A stretch of DNA of 64,000 bases from Dehalococcoidia bacterium. Lineage in GTDB: Bacteria; Chloroflexota; Dehalococcoidia; UBA6926. The notes under the pieces were generated by a model. It was not told the origin of the DNA. It searched no databases and saw only the letters and a program-made list of their open reading frames with translations. Made by a program: the position numbers and the translations under genes. The DNA is taken from NCBI GenBank assembly GCA_963666115.2, contig CAXXET010000003.1, forward strand, positions 32,497 to 96,496, read 5' to 3'. Positions 1 to 9,825 of the stretch are shown piece after piece; position 1 is the stretch's first letter, and each line of letters opens with the position of its first letter.

Positions 1-255
1 CGCGCCAATCGACTCCGCCACCGGCAGAATCTCATCCAGCAGCGGCATGACGGCCTGCTTGTGCGGCACAGTCACATTCGCGCCCAACACATCCCCCGAC
101 CGCAGCGACTCCACCCGGGTCGCCAGTTCATCCGCCGGAGTCACCCACGTCTCATACCGCGCGTCAATCTCCAGTTCGTCGAACGCCGCCTGCTGAAACG
201 CCGGCGAAATAGAGTGCCCCAGCGGATACCCAATAATCCCCACCCGCGATGTCAT
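1..255 (-). CDS. aroE: Shikimate dehydrogenase, N-terminal part (runs off window start)
   Basis: Hand translation from ATG 255: MTSRVGIIGYPLGHSISPAFQQAAF...GANVTVPHKQAV, the classic AroE N-terminal motifs; ATGA overlap with the ruvX stop. Confidence 0.93.
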   Translation of the reverse strand, partial: MTSRVGIIGYPLGHSISPAFQQAAFDELEIDARYETWVTPADELATRVESLRSGDVLGANVTVPHKQAVMPLLDEILPVAESIGA

Positions 256-668
256 CTGGCCCCACGACTCCTCTGCTCATCCAAATACGCCTGCAGCACA
301 ACCGCCGCCGCAACCGAATCAGGCGGGCTCGATGATCCACCCTCGCGCATCACCCGTTCGGCAGACACAGTGGACAGCCGTTCGTCCCTGCCCTCAACCG
401 GCACGGACAACCCGCGTTCGCACGCCCGCCGCACCCCCTCCGCCCACCGCGCCATCTCGCCCATCCGCCCGTCCATCGTGCGTGGAATCCCGACAATCAC
501 GCGCTCCACCCCATACTCCGCGACAACACTCCCCAATCGCTCGACAAACAATGCCTCATCCGCCCCCGGCAGCAAACCAAGCGGCTGCGCGATAGTCTGC
601 GTCGGATCGGACACGGCAACCCCGCTCCTCGCCTTCCCAAGATCAACCGCAATAACTCGCCCGCTCAT
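252..668 (-). CDS. ruvX: Holliday junction resolvase RuvX / pre-16S rRNA nuclease YqgF
   Basis: IAVDLGKARSGVAVSD, VVGIP, DERLST, DSVAAAVVLQAYLD motifs; likely leaderless start (TATGCT-6nt-ATG 668). Confidence 0.92.
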   Translation of the reverse strand: MSGRVIAVDLGKARSGVAVSDPTQTIAQPLGLLPGADEALFVERLGSVVAEYGVERVIVGIPRTMDGRMGEMARWAEGVRRACERGLSVPVEGRDERLSTVSAERVMREGGSSSPPDSVAAAVVLQAYLDEQRSRGAR

Positions 669-745
669 ACCCCAAGCATAGCCCACCCTATCCCCATTTA
701 GCCCCACTCCCCATTCACTCCGCCCCCGTTCATCCTCCCCTATGC

Positions 746-792
746 CGCTCACCCTGAGCTCCCCTCCGGTCACCCTGAGCTTGTCGAAGGGC
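746..792. repeat. REP-like palindromic repeats (TCACCCTGAGC(T/C)TGTCGAAGGG family), one partial and one full
   Basis: Same motif recurs at about 17013, 19046, 21425, 22275, 25105, 27253 and reversed at about 62832. Confidence 0.75.
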
Positions 793-827
793 GCCCCACC
801 CCGCTAAGCTCAAACAAAGGGGGAATC

Positions 828-1511
828 ATGCCAGACACCTACATGGTCGCAGGCGCCGCATCCGGCGTCGGAATGCACGTCACCCGCAAGCTGCTTGACC
901 GCGGCGAGAACGTGCGCGCATTCGTCAGGAACGGGCGCAAACTCCGGGACATCTTCGGAACGCCGGACAACCTCGGCATCTTCGTCGGCGACATTGCCGA
1001 TCACGCTGCCGCATTCGAGGCCGCTGAGGGCGCGCACTACGTCATATCCACCGTCGGCGCGAAATTCCCGGACGGCGAACCGGAGAGAGTCGACTACCAG
1101 GGCGTGCACACGCTTGTGAACGCCGCTGCGGAACACGGCCACATCCGCCAATTCGTCCTCGTGTCCTCTATTGGTGTCACGCAGACCGACCATGATCTGA
1201 ATAAGCGATTTAAGAACGTTCTCCGATGGAAGATGTTTGGCGAGAACTACCTGCGCGGCAGCGGTCTTTCCTACGCCATCGTCCGCCCCGGCGGACTCTC
1301 CGACGATGCCGGTGGCGCGAAATCCATTGAGATCGGCCAGGGCGACTCAATCCACGGCGCTATCAGCCGCGAGACCGTCGCCAACGTCTGTATCGCCATC
1401 TGTGACGCCGCGGAGCACGTGGTCCGTGAAGTGACATTCGAGGTCATCGAGGGCGAAGGCCCGCCCCCTGCGGACCTGGCCAACATCTTCGACAACCTCA
1501 AGCGAGATTAG
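828..1511 (+). CDS. Atypical SDR / NAD(P)H-binding protein
   Basis: VAGAASGVG Rossmann motif, FVLVSSIG, IVRPGGL, ISRETVA. Confidence 0.85.
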   Translation: MPDTYMVAGAASGVGMHVTRKLLDRGENVRAFVRNGRKLRDIFGTPDNLGIFVGDIADHAAAFEAAEGAHYVISTVGAKFPDGEPERVDYQGVHTLVNAAAEHGHIRQFVLVSSIGVTQTDHDLNKRFKNVLRWKMFGENYLRGSGLSYAIVRPGGLSDDAGGAKSIEIGQGDSIHGAISRETVANVCIAICDAAEHVVREVTFEVIEGEGPPPADLANIFDNLKRD

Positions 1512-2656
1512 CCCTCGATCACCAAATACCGCGCAAACTGCTCCATCGTCATCCCATCCCGCAGGTAGGGGTGGGTGTACAAGGGCAGCAGTTTCTCCTC
1601 CAACTCCGACAGTGTCTGCGTTTGGTTCGGGTCGTCCGGGCGCACGCTCATCAGGTAGTTGCCCTCAGGCAGATGCCCCATCGGCAGGATGGCGTGCAGA
1701 AGCTCATGCGTGAGAACCTGGCCGAAGTACTCGTTCGGCGCGGAAACGTAGATTGCGGAATACATGCGGCCGTCATCGTCATGCTGGATGCTGCATCCCA
1801 GCCGTCCATGGCAGTTCACGGGGTTTTCCACGCCGAGATACAGCGCCAGGTGGGCCGTATCCTCCGATTGCGCCTCCTCCACCGCCACGCCCAGCTTTTC
1901 CGTAACCCAGGGGATATAGGGAGTCAACTTGTCGCGCTCGAATGCCCCCTCGGCAATGTAATACGTCACGGGGTTGGGCATCCACCGCACGTGGCGTCCC
2001 AGGGACGTGAACCGCCCCCCGCATGAAACGTCGCTTGCCTCCCGCAGGTCTCTGCTCTCCGTAAAGCACTCCCACGTCGAGCGATCCACCCGCATGCGGT
2101 CGGCCACCGGAACCACGTCATACATGGTGACCGTGACGCCGCACTCCGAGATTCCTTCAATGATCGCCAGTCCAAGCGCATGAACGTCGGTCCGTTGCAG
2201 CTCCTCCAAATCCTCAACACCCTCGTAGCACCCCATGGAAAACTCCGCAAAGTCGATGAACGAGTCATCGCCTTCCACGAAACGCCGTAGCGCTGACAGC
2301 CCCAACCTCGCCCGCTCAGTGTTGATCCGCTCAAAAGCCTCATCCAGTATCTCCTCCGTTGTCGGCGGCTCAGGCGTCGGCGGCGGTGTGTTGGTAGGCG
2401 GTGGTGGCGGAACGGGCGTGTCTGCCGGTGTGGGCGGCGGCGCAGGTGTAGCGGTCGGCGCAGGTGGCGGCGCCGGTGTAGTCGTCGGCGCCGGTGGCGG
2501 AACGGGTGTATCGGTGGTCGGCGGCGGTGATGGCGCCGGCGTGCTGGTCGGCGCAGGCGGCGGTACGGGCGTATCCGGCTCCTCGGGTTCGGAATCGCAC
2601 GCCGCAACAATCACCGCGACTGATAGAATCAACAGGAGTGCCGCTATGCGATTCAC
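1508..2656 (-). CDS. Lipoprotein with Pro/Thr linker and C-terminal zincin-like metallopeptidase domain
   Basis: Signal peptide ending IVAAC (lipobox), PPPAPT repeats, HELLHAILPMGH plus YLMS; GTG start at 2656 inferred. Confidence 0.7.
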   Translation of the reverse strand: MNRIAALLLILSVAVIVAACDSEPEEPDTPVPPPAPTSTPAPSPPPTTDTPVPPPAPTTTPAPPPAPTATPAPPPTPADTPVPPPPPTNTPPPTPEPPTTEEILDEAFERINTERARLGLSALRRFVEGDDSFIDFAEFSMGCYEGVEDLEELQRTDVHALGLAIIEGISECGVTVTMYDVVPVADRMRVDRSTWECFTESRDLREASDVSCGGRFTSLGRHVRWMPNPVTYYIAEGAFERDKLTPYIPWVTEKLGVAVEEAQSEDTAHLALYLGVENPVNCHGRLGCSIQHDDDGRMYSAIYVSAPNEYFGQVLTHELLHAILPMGHLPEGNYLMSVRPDDPNQTQTLSELEEKLLPLYTHPYLRDGMTMEQFARYLVIEG

Positions 2657-2676
2657 GTTCGCCCTCCCTTTCCGCC

Positions 2677-2708
2677 GCCCGGCCAGCCGCGCTCCCATAA
2701 TTCTACAG
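2677..2708 (+). repeat. Direct repeat copy 1 (28/32 identical to 3503-3534) flanking a TA module
   Basis: gcccggccagccgcgctcccataattctacag versus gcccgcccaaccgcgctgccataattcaacag. Confidence 0.75.
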
Positions 2709-2719
2709 GCTTGCGTCTC

Positions 2720-2761
2720 TTGACATCCCCACCCTTTCTGACTAGTCTGATAACTAGTCAG
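2720..2761 (+). promoter_or_regulatory. Sigma70-type promoter with overlapping TA autoregulatory operator
   Basis: TTGACA(2720)-17bp-TAGTCT(2743); perfect inverted repeat CTGACTAGT-6-ACTAGTCAG at 2738-2761. Confidence 0.75.
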
Positions 2762-2788
2762 TTTTCAAATCAGTCAAAGGGGGGTGCC

Positions 2789-3073
2789 ATGACGTTCTAC
2801 CCTACGGATGACAAGCCGAATACGTGGCAGGTGCAAGAGGCAAAGGCGCGTTTCGGCGAGTTCCTCGAAACAACCATTGCCGATGGGCCGCAAATCGTAA
2901 CGAAGCGCGGTATTGAGGCAGCGGTGCTGGTGCCCATTGACCAGTGGCGCAAAATTGAGGAGTCCAATAAGCGCACGCTCAAGGACCTCCTGTTGGCGCC
3001 GGAACCAAGAACCGATGAACTCGTGCCCCCGAACTTGGGTTTCTTCCGGCCTCAACCCGTGTCTTTCGATTAG
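2789..3073 (+). CDS. Phd/YefM family antitoxin
   Basis: WQVQEAKARFGEFLE..GPQIVTKRGIEAAVLV; directly upstream of a PIN toxin. Confidence 0.9.
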   Translation: MTFYPTDDKPNTWQVQEAKARFGEFLETTIADGPQIVTKRGIEAAVLVPIDQWRKIEESNKRTLKDLLLAPEPRTDELVPPNLGFFRPQPVSFD

Positions 3074-3082
3074 TTTGTCGCC

Positions 3083-3493
3083 GTGTTTCTCCTCGACACG
3101 AATGTTGTCTCGGAGTTGCGCCGTGCTAGGCCCAATCCGGTCGTGGTGCGCTGGTTGGAACGCGTTCCGTCCCACAGCCTTCACGTGTCCGCAGTAACCA
3201 TTGGCGAAATCCAGGCCGGGGTCGAAAACAAGCGGGCGCAGGATCCCGCAAAGGCGCTCGAAATAGAGGAGTGGCTGCATGAGGTGATGGGAACCTTCGG
3301 TGTCGTCAACGCGGACGCCGCCGCCTTTCGTGAGTGGGCGCGGCTGATGCACAGGCAGTCGGACAACCTGCTGAAAGACGCCCTCATCGCCGCCACCGCC
3401 CTCGTCAACTCCTTGACGGTCGTCACCCGTAACGTCCGCGACTTCCAACAGTTGCGCATGCAGATTATCAACCCGTTCGACAACACCGCCTAA
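3083..3493 (+). CDS. vapC: VapC family PIN-domain toxin
   Basis: FLLDTNVVSE, TIGEI, DALIAATA, VVTRNVRDF. Confidence 0.93.
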   Translation: MFLLDTNVVSELRRARPNPVVVRWLERVPSHSLHVSAVTIGEIQAGVENKRAQDPAKALEIEEWLHEVMGTFGVVNADAAAFREWARLMHRQSDNLLKDALIAATALVNSLTVVTRNVRDFQQLRMQIINPFDNTA

Positions 3494-3502
3494 CCGCCCG
3501 TA

Positions 3503-3534
3503 GCCCGCCCAACCGCGCTGCCATAATTCAACAG
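3503..3534 (+). repeat. Direct repeat copy 2, containing a CATAAT -10 candidate for the SDR gene
   Basis: Matches 2677-2708 at 28/32. Confidence 0.72.
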
Positions 3535-3553
3535 ATTGAGGAGTCGTGACGAT

Positions 3554-4351
3554 ATGGACTTGGGTTTGGATGGCCGCGGCGTGCTGGTCGCCGGGGGAAG
3601 TCGCGGGATTGGCGCAGTCGTGGCCGGGGCGTTCGCAAGTGAGGGAGCGCGCGTCGCCATCGCCGCGCGAACGCAGGACGTTCTACAGTCCGCCGCGCAG
3701 CGCATCTCGGAAAAGGCAGGCCGGACGATCCTGCCGGTCGTCATGGACGTCACGGATGAGGATTCAGTCCGCGCCGCCGTGGAAAGCGTCACGGCCGAGT
3801 TCGGTCGTCTGGACATCGTCGTCAATTCGGCAGTCGACGTCGTGGGCGGCCTCCCCGGCGCCCCGTCGGAGCTCGACGCGGCAGCGCTCGGCGGCGCGCT
3901 CGATGTCAAGGTGCTCGGGATGCTGCGGATCATTCAGGCCGCCCTGCCCCACATGAAGGCTGCGGGCTACGGACGGCTCATCGCGGTTGGCGGCGCGTCC
4001 GCCCGCCAGATTGGGGCGGCCAGCGCGAGCATCCGCAATTCCGCACTCGCTGCCCTGTGCAAGAACGTTGCAACGGAGGTGGGGCCGCACGGCGTCACCG
4101 TCAACGTGATTCACCCGGGCGGCGTGCTCACGGAGCGCAACCGGGGGCGCGTGGAGGAAGAGCAAGCGCGAAACGGCGGCACGTTTGAGGAGGCGGAGGC
4201 GCGCCTGGCGGCCAACGTGCCGCTGGGCCGCATGGTTCACCCGGAGGACATCGCCGCGCTTGCCGTACTCCTCGCATCCCCCCACGCCGCAGCCATCACC
4301 GGCCAGACCATCGCCGTAGACGGAGGCGCAACACGCGCAATCACCTACTAA
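3554..4351 (+). CDS. Short-chain dehydrogenase/reductase
   Basis: VAGGSRGIG, LDIVVNSA, VNVIHPG, ITGQTIAVDGG. Confidence 0.9.
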   Translation: MDLGLDGRGVLVAGGSRGIGAVVAGAFASEGARVAIAARTQDVLQSAAQRISEKAGRTILPVVMDVTDEDSVRAAVESVTAEFGRLDIVVNSAVDVVGGLPGAPSELDAAALGGALDVKVLGMLRIIQAALPHMKAAGYGRLIAVGGASARQIGAASASIRNSALAALCKNVATEVGPHGVTVNVIHPGGVLTERNRGRVEEEQARNGGTFEEAEARLAANVPLGRMVHPEDIAALAVLLASPHAAAITGQTIAVDGGATRAITY

Positions 4352-4356
4352 TCCCC

Positions 4357-7044
4357 CTACCCTCCCAGCACTATCCCCGCCACCGCCGCCAGCGCCTCAT
4401 CCAACTTGCTCGCATCGCGCCCCCCCGCTGAGGCAAAATCCTTGCGCCCCCCGCCGCCCCCGCCAACAATCTTCGCTGTCGTCGTCACGATTCGCCCCGC
4501 GTCAAAGCCGCCCCCCCGCGCCACAATATCCTCGCTGATCGCGCACACGAACGACGGCCTCCCGTCCACCTCCGCCCCAAGTAAAACAACCCCTGATCCC
4601 AACGCCGCCCGTGTCCTGTCCGCAACGTCCCGCAGCAGGTCCGCGTTCGCAATGCCCTCTGCCCGCGCCGAAAGCAGCGTCACCGGCGGCTCTCCCACCT
4701 GCACCGCCTGCGGCAGCAGCGACTCAATCTGCGAACGCGCCCGTTCCCGCTCAAGCTCCTCGGTTCGACGACGCAGTCGTTCGGATTCCGCCGCCTGGTC
4801 CGCTATCCGCGTCTCGATCTCCTCCACAGGAACCGTCAACTGCCGTGACAGCCGTTCGAGCACGGACATGCGGTCGCGCAGGAGTTGGTCCGCATTCGAG
4901 CCCGCCACCGCCTCCACACGCCGCATCCCCGCCCCGATGGAGCTTTCGCCAACGATGTAGATAAACCCGACTTCCCCCGTCGCGTGAACGTGCGTGCCCC
5001 CGCACAACTCATGGCTGAACGGCGCGTCGTCGCCCTCTCCGTCGATGGATACCGTCCGCACCTCGCTGCCGTACCGGTCGCCGAAGAACGCCAGCGCCCC
5101 GGACGCCAGCGCGTCTTGTATCGGCTGTGTCTCCGACTCCACAACGATGTTGCGAATCACCCGGGCGTTTACCGCGTGCGTGATCGCCGCAATCTCATGC
5201 TCGTTCAGCGATGCCGTATGCGAGAAATCAAACCGCAGATGATCCGGCGACACATACGACCCCGCCTGCCGCACGTGCCCGCCAAGCGTTGAACGCAGCG
5301 CAGCATGGAGAAGGTGCGTCGCCGTGTGATGCCGTGTCGACTGCCCCCGCGCCGTCGGATCAACCTCAAGCGTCACCGCGTCCCCAATGCTGATAGTCCC
5401 TTCCTCCACTACGCCAATATGCACAATGAAATCAGGCCGCTCCCCAACAGGCCGCTGCGTGTCCGTAATCCGCACAAGCCCCGCAGGCCCGCGTATCGCG
5501 CCAACGTCGCCCACCTGCCCGCCGCCCTCCGGGTAGAACGGTGTCCGCGCCGTCACGATCTCCACCTGCTGATGCTGCGAGGCCGACTCCGCCACGCCGC
5601 CGCCCACAATCAGTCCCGTAACGTTGCTCTCATCGCGCGCAGCCTCATAGCCGGTGAACTGTGTCGTCAGGCTCGAAAGCAGCCGGTACGCCTCCGATCC
5701 CTCGTCGCCGCCGCCGAACGTCGTCGCCGCCCTGCCCCGCGCCCGCTGCGCCTCCATCTCCTGCTCGAAACTGTCGCGGTCGACGCTCATCCCCCGATCC
5801 AGCGCGATCTCCTCCGCAAGCTCCACTGGAAAGCCGTAGGTGTCATACAGCCGGAAGAGCGCGTCGCCCGGCACAACGGATTCGCCCTCTGTCTCCATCC
5901 GCGCCGTCACTTCATCCAGCAGCGCAGTCCCCACGGAAAGCGTCCGCTGGAATTGTTCTTCCTCCCGCGTCACTGTCTGCACAATGTGGTCGCGAGCATC
6001 ATTGAGCGCCGGATACGCGGGCGCCATCAACGGAATCACCGCCTCCGTGATGATCCGGCCCAGGAACGGCTCGTTCACGCCCAGGCTCTGCGCGAACCGG
6101 ATGCCCCGCCGCAGCATCCGCCGCAGCACGTACCCGCGTCCCTCGTTCCCCGGTGTCACGCCGTCCATGATCAAAAACGCGCCGGACCGCGCGTGTTCCG
6201 CCATCACCCGCAGCGCCCGATCCGTCTCCCCGTCCGTCCCGTATTCCGTTCCCGCAATAGACGCTGCGGACGCGATGAGCGGCTGGAACAAATCGGTCGA
6301 ATAAATATTCTCCGCGCGCTGGATGATCGCCGCCAGCCGCTCCAGCCCCATGCCCGTGTCGATATTCTTCTTCTCAAGCGGCGTCCGTGAGCCGTCCTCT
6401 GCCTGGTCGAACTCCATGAAAACGAGGTTCCATATCTCCACGAACCGGCCGCATTCGCAGTTCGGCCCGCAGTCCTCCTCCTCGCACTGCGCCCCCGGCC
6501 CCAGGTCGTAGTGAATCTCGGAGCATGGTCCGCACGGCCCGCTCGTCCCCGCCGGCCCCCACCAGTTGTCGGACGCCCCAAACCGCCGGATGCGTTCCGC
6601 CGGCACCCCCGTCTGCTCCCAGAGTCGCGCCGCCTCATCGTCGTCCGTGTAGACCGTTGCCCACAGCTGATCCGGGTTCAGCCCCAGGTGCTGCGTACAC
6701 AGTTCCCACGCATGCTCGATTGCGCCCTGCTTGAAATAATCCCCGAACGAGAAATTGCCAAGCATCTCGAAGAACGTCAGGTGAGTCGTATCCCCAACCT
6801 CGCCGATGTCCGTCGTCCGAAAAGACTTCTGCACCGTCGTCAGCCTCTGGTTGGGCGGCGCCGATTGCCCCAAAAAATACGGCTTGAACTGCACCATGCC
6901 CGCCGTCGTGAACAACAGCGTCGGATCATCCTGCGGCACAAGCGACGACGACGGCATCCGGGAGTGCCCCTTCGACTCGAAAAAGCTCAAAAACAGCTCC
7001 CGCAGCTCCGGCCCCGTCCAATACCGCAAACCTTCACCCGTCAT
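4357..7044 (-). CDS. alaS: Alanine--tRNA ligase
   Basis: DPTLLFTTAGMVQFKP, DTGMGLERL, HTATHLLH, ELCGGTHV, GGGGG; 895 aa. Confidence 0.98.
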   Translation of the reverse strand: MTGEGLRYWTGPELRELFLSFFESKGHSRMPSSSLVPQDDPTLLFTTAGMVQFKPYFLGQSAPPNQRLTTVQKSFRTTDIGEVGDTTHLTFFEMLGNFSFGDYFKQGAIEHAWELCTQHLGLNPDQLWATVYTDDDEAARLWEQTGVPAERIRRFGASDNWWGPAGTSGPCGPCSEIHYDLGPGAQCEEEDCGPNCECGRFVEIWNLVFMEFDQAEDGSRTPLEKKNIDTGMGLERLAAIIQRAENIYSTDLFQPLIASAASIAGTEYGTDGETDRALRVMAEHARSGAFLIMDGVTPGNEGRGYVLRRMLRRGIRFAQSLGVNEPFLGRIITEAVIPLMAPAYPALNDARDHIVQTVTREEEQFQRTLSVGTALLDEVTARMETEGESVVPGDALFRLYDTYGFPVELAEEIALDRGMSVDRDSFEQEMEAQRARGRAATTFGGGDEGSEAYRLLSSLTTQFTGYEAARDESNVTGLIVGGGVAESASQHQQVEIVTARTPFYPEGGGQVGDVGAIRGPAGLVRITDTQRPVGERPDFIVHIGVVEEGTISIGDAVTLEVDPTARGQSTRHHTATHLLHAALRSTLGGHVRQAGSYVSPDHLRFDFSHTASLNEHEIAAITHAVNARVIRNIVVESETQPIQDALASGALAFFGDRYGSEVRTVSIDGEGDDAPFSHELCGGTHVHATGEVGFIYIVGESSIGAGMRRVEAVAGSNADQLLRDRMSVLERLSRQLTVPVEEIETRIADQAAESERLRRRTEELERERARSQIESLLPQAVQVGEPPVTLLSARAEGIANADLLRDVADRTRAALGSGVVLLGAEVDGRPSFVCAISEDIVARGGGFDAGRIVTTTAKIVGGGGGGRKDFASAGGRDASKLDEALAAVAGIVLGG

Positions 7045-7131
7045 AACGTGCCATTCTCTCCATATCGGTGTCGTGTCATCCCATTGTAGCCGAGCATCCC
7101 GCCGCCCCCCCGTTCACCCTATACTCAATTC

Positions 7132-8517
7132 ATGGACTACTCCCAAGCCGTCGCCTGGCTCCTCAACATGACCAATTTTGAGCGCCCCGTCGCGCCCCCG
7201 GACCCCGCCGACACCACCAACCCCCACACCCCCATCGCAGCCCGCCGCTGGAACCTCGACCGCGTCCATGAACTCCTCCGCCGCCTCGATAACCCACACC
7301 TCGGCCCCGTCACCCTCCACGTCGCGGGCACGAAGGGCAAGGGCAGCACCTGCGCCCTGCTCGCCGCCGCTCTCACCACCTGCGGCTACCACACCGGTTT
7401 ATTCACTTCCCCCCACCTCCACACCATCCGCGAGCGCATCGCCGTCAACGGCTACCCCTGTTCGGAGCAGGATTTCATCGACGCCGCCGCCATCGTCAAA
7501 CCCGCCGTGGACGCGGTAAACGACGACGGTTCGTTCGGCAGCATCACCACGTTCGAGGCGCTAACGGCGATGGCGTTCGTCGCCTTTCGAGCGCAGAACG
7601 TCGAAGTGCAGGTCATCGAGGTCGGTCTCGGTGGCCGACTCGACTCCACAAACGTCGTCGAACCCGCCGTCACGGGCATCACGTCCATCAGCCTCGACCA
7701 CGAGGCCTTTCTCGGCTCGACGATCCGTGAAATCGCAACGGAAAAGGCGGGCATCATCAAACCCGGCATCCCCGTCGTCTCCGCCCCCCAGGAGTCCGAC
7801 GCCGCCGACGTTATTATCGCCAGGGCTGATGAGCTTGCCGCCCCCCTCACCCTCCTCCGCCGCGACATCTTCTGGCGGCGCGAGTTTGCCAGCGCGTCCG
7901 GCCAGGATTTCAAAATGTGGGGCAGCATCGGCGACCGCCCAATTGAACACAACCTCCGCACAAGCCTGCTCGGCGAGCATCAGCTTGAGAATGCCTCCCT
8001 CGCCATGTCCATGCTGGAGCGCCTCCGCGACCTCCACTACCCAGTCCCCTACGATGACACCTACACCGGTTTCAGCGGCGTCCGTTGGCCCGGCCGCATG
8101 GAAATCCTCAGCGAGTCGCCCCTGATCGTGGCGGATGGTGCCCACAACCCCTATTCCGCAACGCGGCTGGCTGAGACAATAAGGGAGACGTTTCCGGGAC
8201 GTGAGGTGCAGCTTGTGCTCGGCGCCGCATCGGACAAGGACGTAAGCGGCATTGCGCGGGAGATCGGCGTCGTTGCAACAGGCGCGTTCGCAACATCCTC
8301 CCGCAGCCCGCGCTCCATGTCCCCGGATGACGTAGCGGATACACTATGGGAGGCGGGAGTTCCCGTGCGGCCGGAAAAGACAGTCGCGGCGGCCATCGAA
8401 CGCGCGAAACTGGAGGGCGGCCCCGGGTCGCTCATTCTCGTCACGGGGTCGCTGTTCGTCGTGGCTGAGGCGCGGGAGCACGTGCTCGGCGTCGCGCCGG
8501 ACGAGTCCGCCTACTGA
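7132..8517 (+). CDS. folC: Folylpolyglutamate synthase / dihydrofolate synthase
   Basis: HVAGTKGKGST, FTSPHL..RERI, EVGLGGRLDSTN, WPGRME, DGAHNP, TGSLFVV. Confidence 0.96.
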   Translation: MDYSQAVAWLLNMTNFERPVAPPDPADTTNPHTPIAARRWNLDRVHELLRRLDNPHLGPVTLHVAGTKGKGSTCALLAAALTTCGYHTGLFTSPHLHTIRERIAVNGYPCSEQDFIDAAAIVKPAVDAVNDDGSFGSITTFEALTAMAFVAFRAQNVEVQVIEVGLGGRLDSTNVVEPAVTGITSISLDHEAFLGSTIREIATEKAGIIKPGIPVVSAPQESDAADVIIARADELAAPLTLLRRDIFWRREFASASGQDFKMWGSIGDRPIEHNLRTSLLGEHQLENASLAMSMLERLRDLHYPVPYDDTYTGFSGVRWPGRMEILSESPLIVADGAHNPYSATRLAETIRETFPGREVQLVLGAASDKDVSGIAREIGVVATGAFATSSRSPRSMSPDDVADTLWEAGVPVRPEKTVAAAIERAKLEGGPGSLILVTGSLFVVAEAREHVLGVAPDESAY

Positions 8518-8565
8518 GCGCGGGCATCTCGGCAGAGAAGAGACGGAGAGGAAGGAGAACAGGGA

Positions 8566-9825
8566 ATGGCAGCGCAGGACCGCACAGCGGATCAGCGGGT
8601 GGTCGTAACGGGCATGGGCGCCCTCACACCCCTCGGCAACTCGATTGACGAATACTGGAACGGCCTCGTCTCAGGAACAAGCGGCATCAACTATATCGAG
8701 AGCTTCGACGCGTCGGAGTTCCCCTGCGTCGTCGCCGGTGAAGTCCACAATTTCGACGCCAGCGAGTACATGCCCGCCAAGCAGGTGCGCCGGCTCGCCC
8801 GCTTCTCACAGCTCGCCGTCGCGGCCTCCCGACAGGCCATCGATGACGCCGGCATTGACCTTGAAACCGCGGACGTGGAGCGCATCGGCGTCCTCCTCGG
8901 CAACGGCATCGGCAGCTACCCGGACACCGAGGAGCAGAGCAAGGTCTTCTATGAGCGCGGATGGAGCAAGGTCAGCCCCATCTATATGTCCAAGATGCTC
9001 CCCAACATGGCCGCCGCGAACGTCGCGATGGCCCTCGGCCTCGTCGGCTATAACAACACCGTCATCACCGCATGCGCCGCCGGCACGCAGGCAATCGGCG
9101 ACGCTGCCGACATGATCCGCGCCGGCCGCGCCGACGTCATCATCTCCGGCGGCTCCGAATCCTCCATCTGCGCCCAGGGCCTTGCCGCCTTCTGCGCCAT
9201 GCGCGCCCTCTCCCAGCGCAAGGACGACCCGCACGGCGCGTCACGCCCATTCGATTCCGACCGCGATGGCTTCGTGCCGACGGAGGCCGCTGGCATTCTC
9301 GTCCTTGAATCGCTCTCACACGCCCAGGCGCGCGGCGCGACCATCTACGCCGAAGTCGCCGGCTACGGAGCCTCCAATGACGCCTTCGATTTCGTCCAGC
9401 CGCGCGATGACGGCGCGGGAGCGGCCAGGACAATGCGATGGGCCCTCGACGACGCCGGCATCGACCCCTCAGAGATCAGCTACATCAACGCCCACGGCAC
9501 GTCGACCCCGCTCGGCGACGCTGCGGAAACCACCGCCATCAAGGCCGTCTTCGGCGACCGCGCCTATGAGATTCCGGTCAGTTCCACCAAGTCCATGATC
9601 GGGCACGCCCTAGGCGCGGCGGGCGGCGTGGAGGGCATCGCAGTAGTCAAGTCCATCCAGACCGGCAAAATCCACCCCACCATCAACCTCCAAACCCCTG
9701 ACCCCGCCTGCGACCTCGACTACGTCCCCAACGAAGCGAGAGACGCCGATGTCCGCGTAGCCCTATCCAACAGCTTCGGCTTCGGAGGCCAAAACGCCTG
9801 CGTAGTCTTCACCAAAATGAACTAG
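8566..9825 (+). CDS. fabF: Beta-ketoacyl-ACP synthase II
   Basis: TACAAG, SRPFD..RDGFV, YINAHGTST, STKSMIGH, SNSFGFGGQN. Confidence 0.96.
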   Translation: MAAQDRTADQRVVVTGMGALTPLGNSIDEYWNGLVSGTSGINYIESFDASEFPCVVAGEVHNFDASEYMPAKQVRRLARFSQLAVAASRQAIDDAGIDLETADVERIGVLLGNGIGSYPDTEEQSKVFYERGWSKVSPIYMSKMLPNMAAANVAMALGLVGYNNTVITACAAGTQAIGDAADMIRAGRADVIISGGSESSICAQGLAAFCAMRALSQRKDDPHGASRPFDSDRDGFVPTEAAGILVLESLSHAQARGATIYAEVAGYGASNDAFDFVQPRDDGAGAARTMRWALDDAGIDPSEISYINAHGTSTPLGDAAETTAIKAVFGDRAYEIPVSSTKSMIGHALGAAGGVEGIAVVKSIQTGKIHPTINLQTPDPACDLDYVPNEARDADVRVALSNSFGFGGQNACVVFTKMN

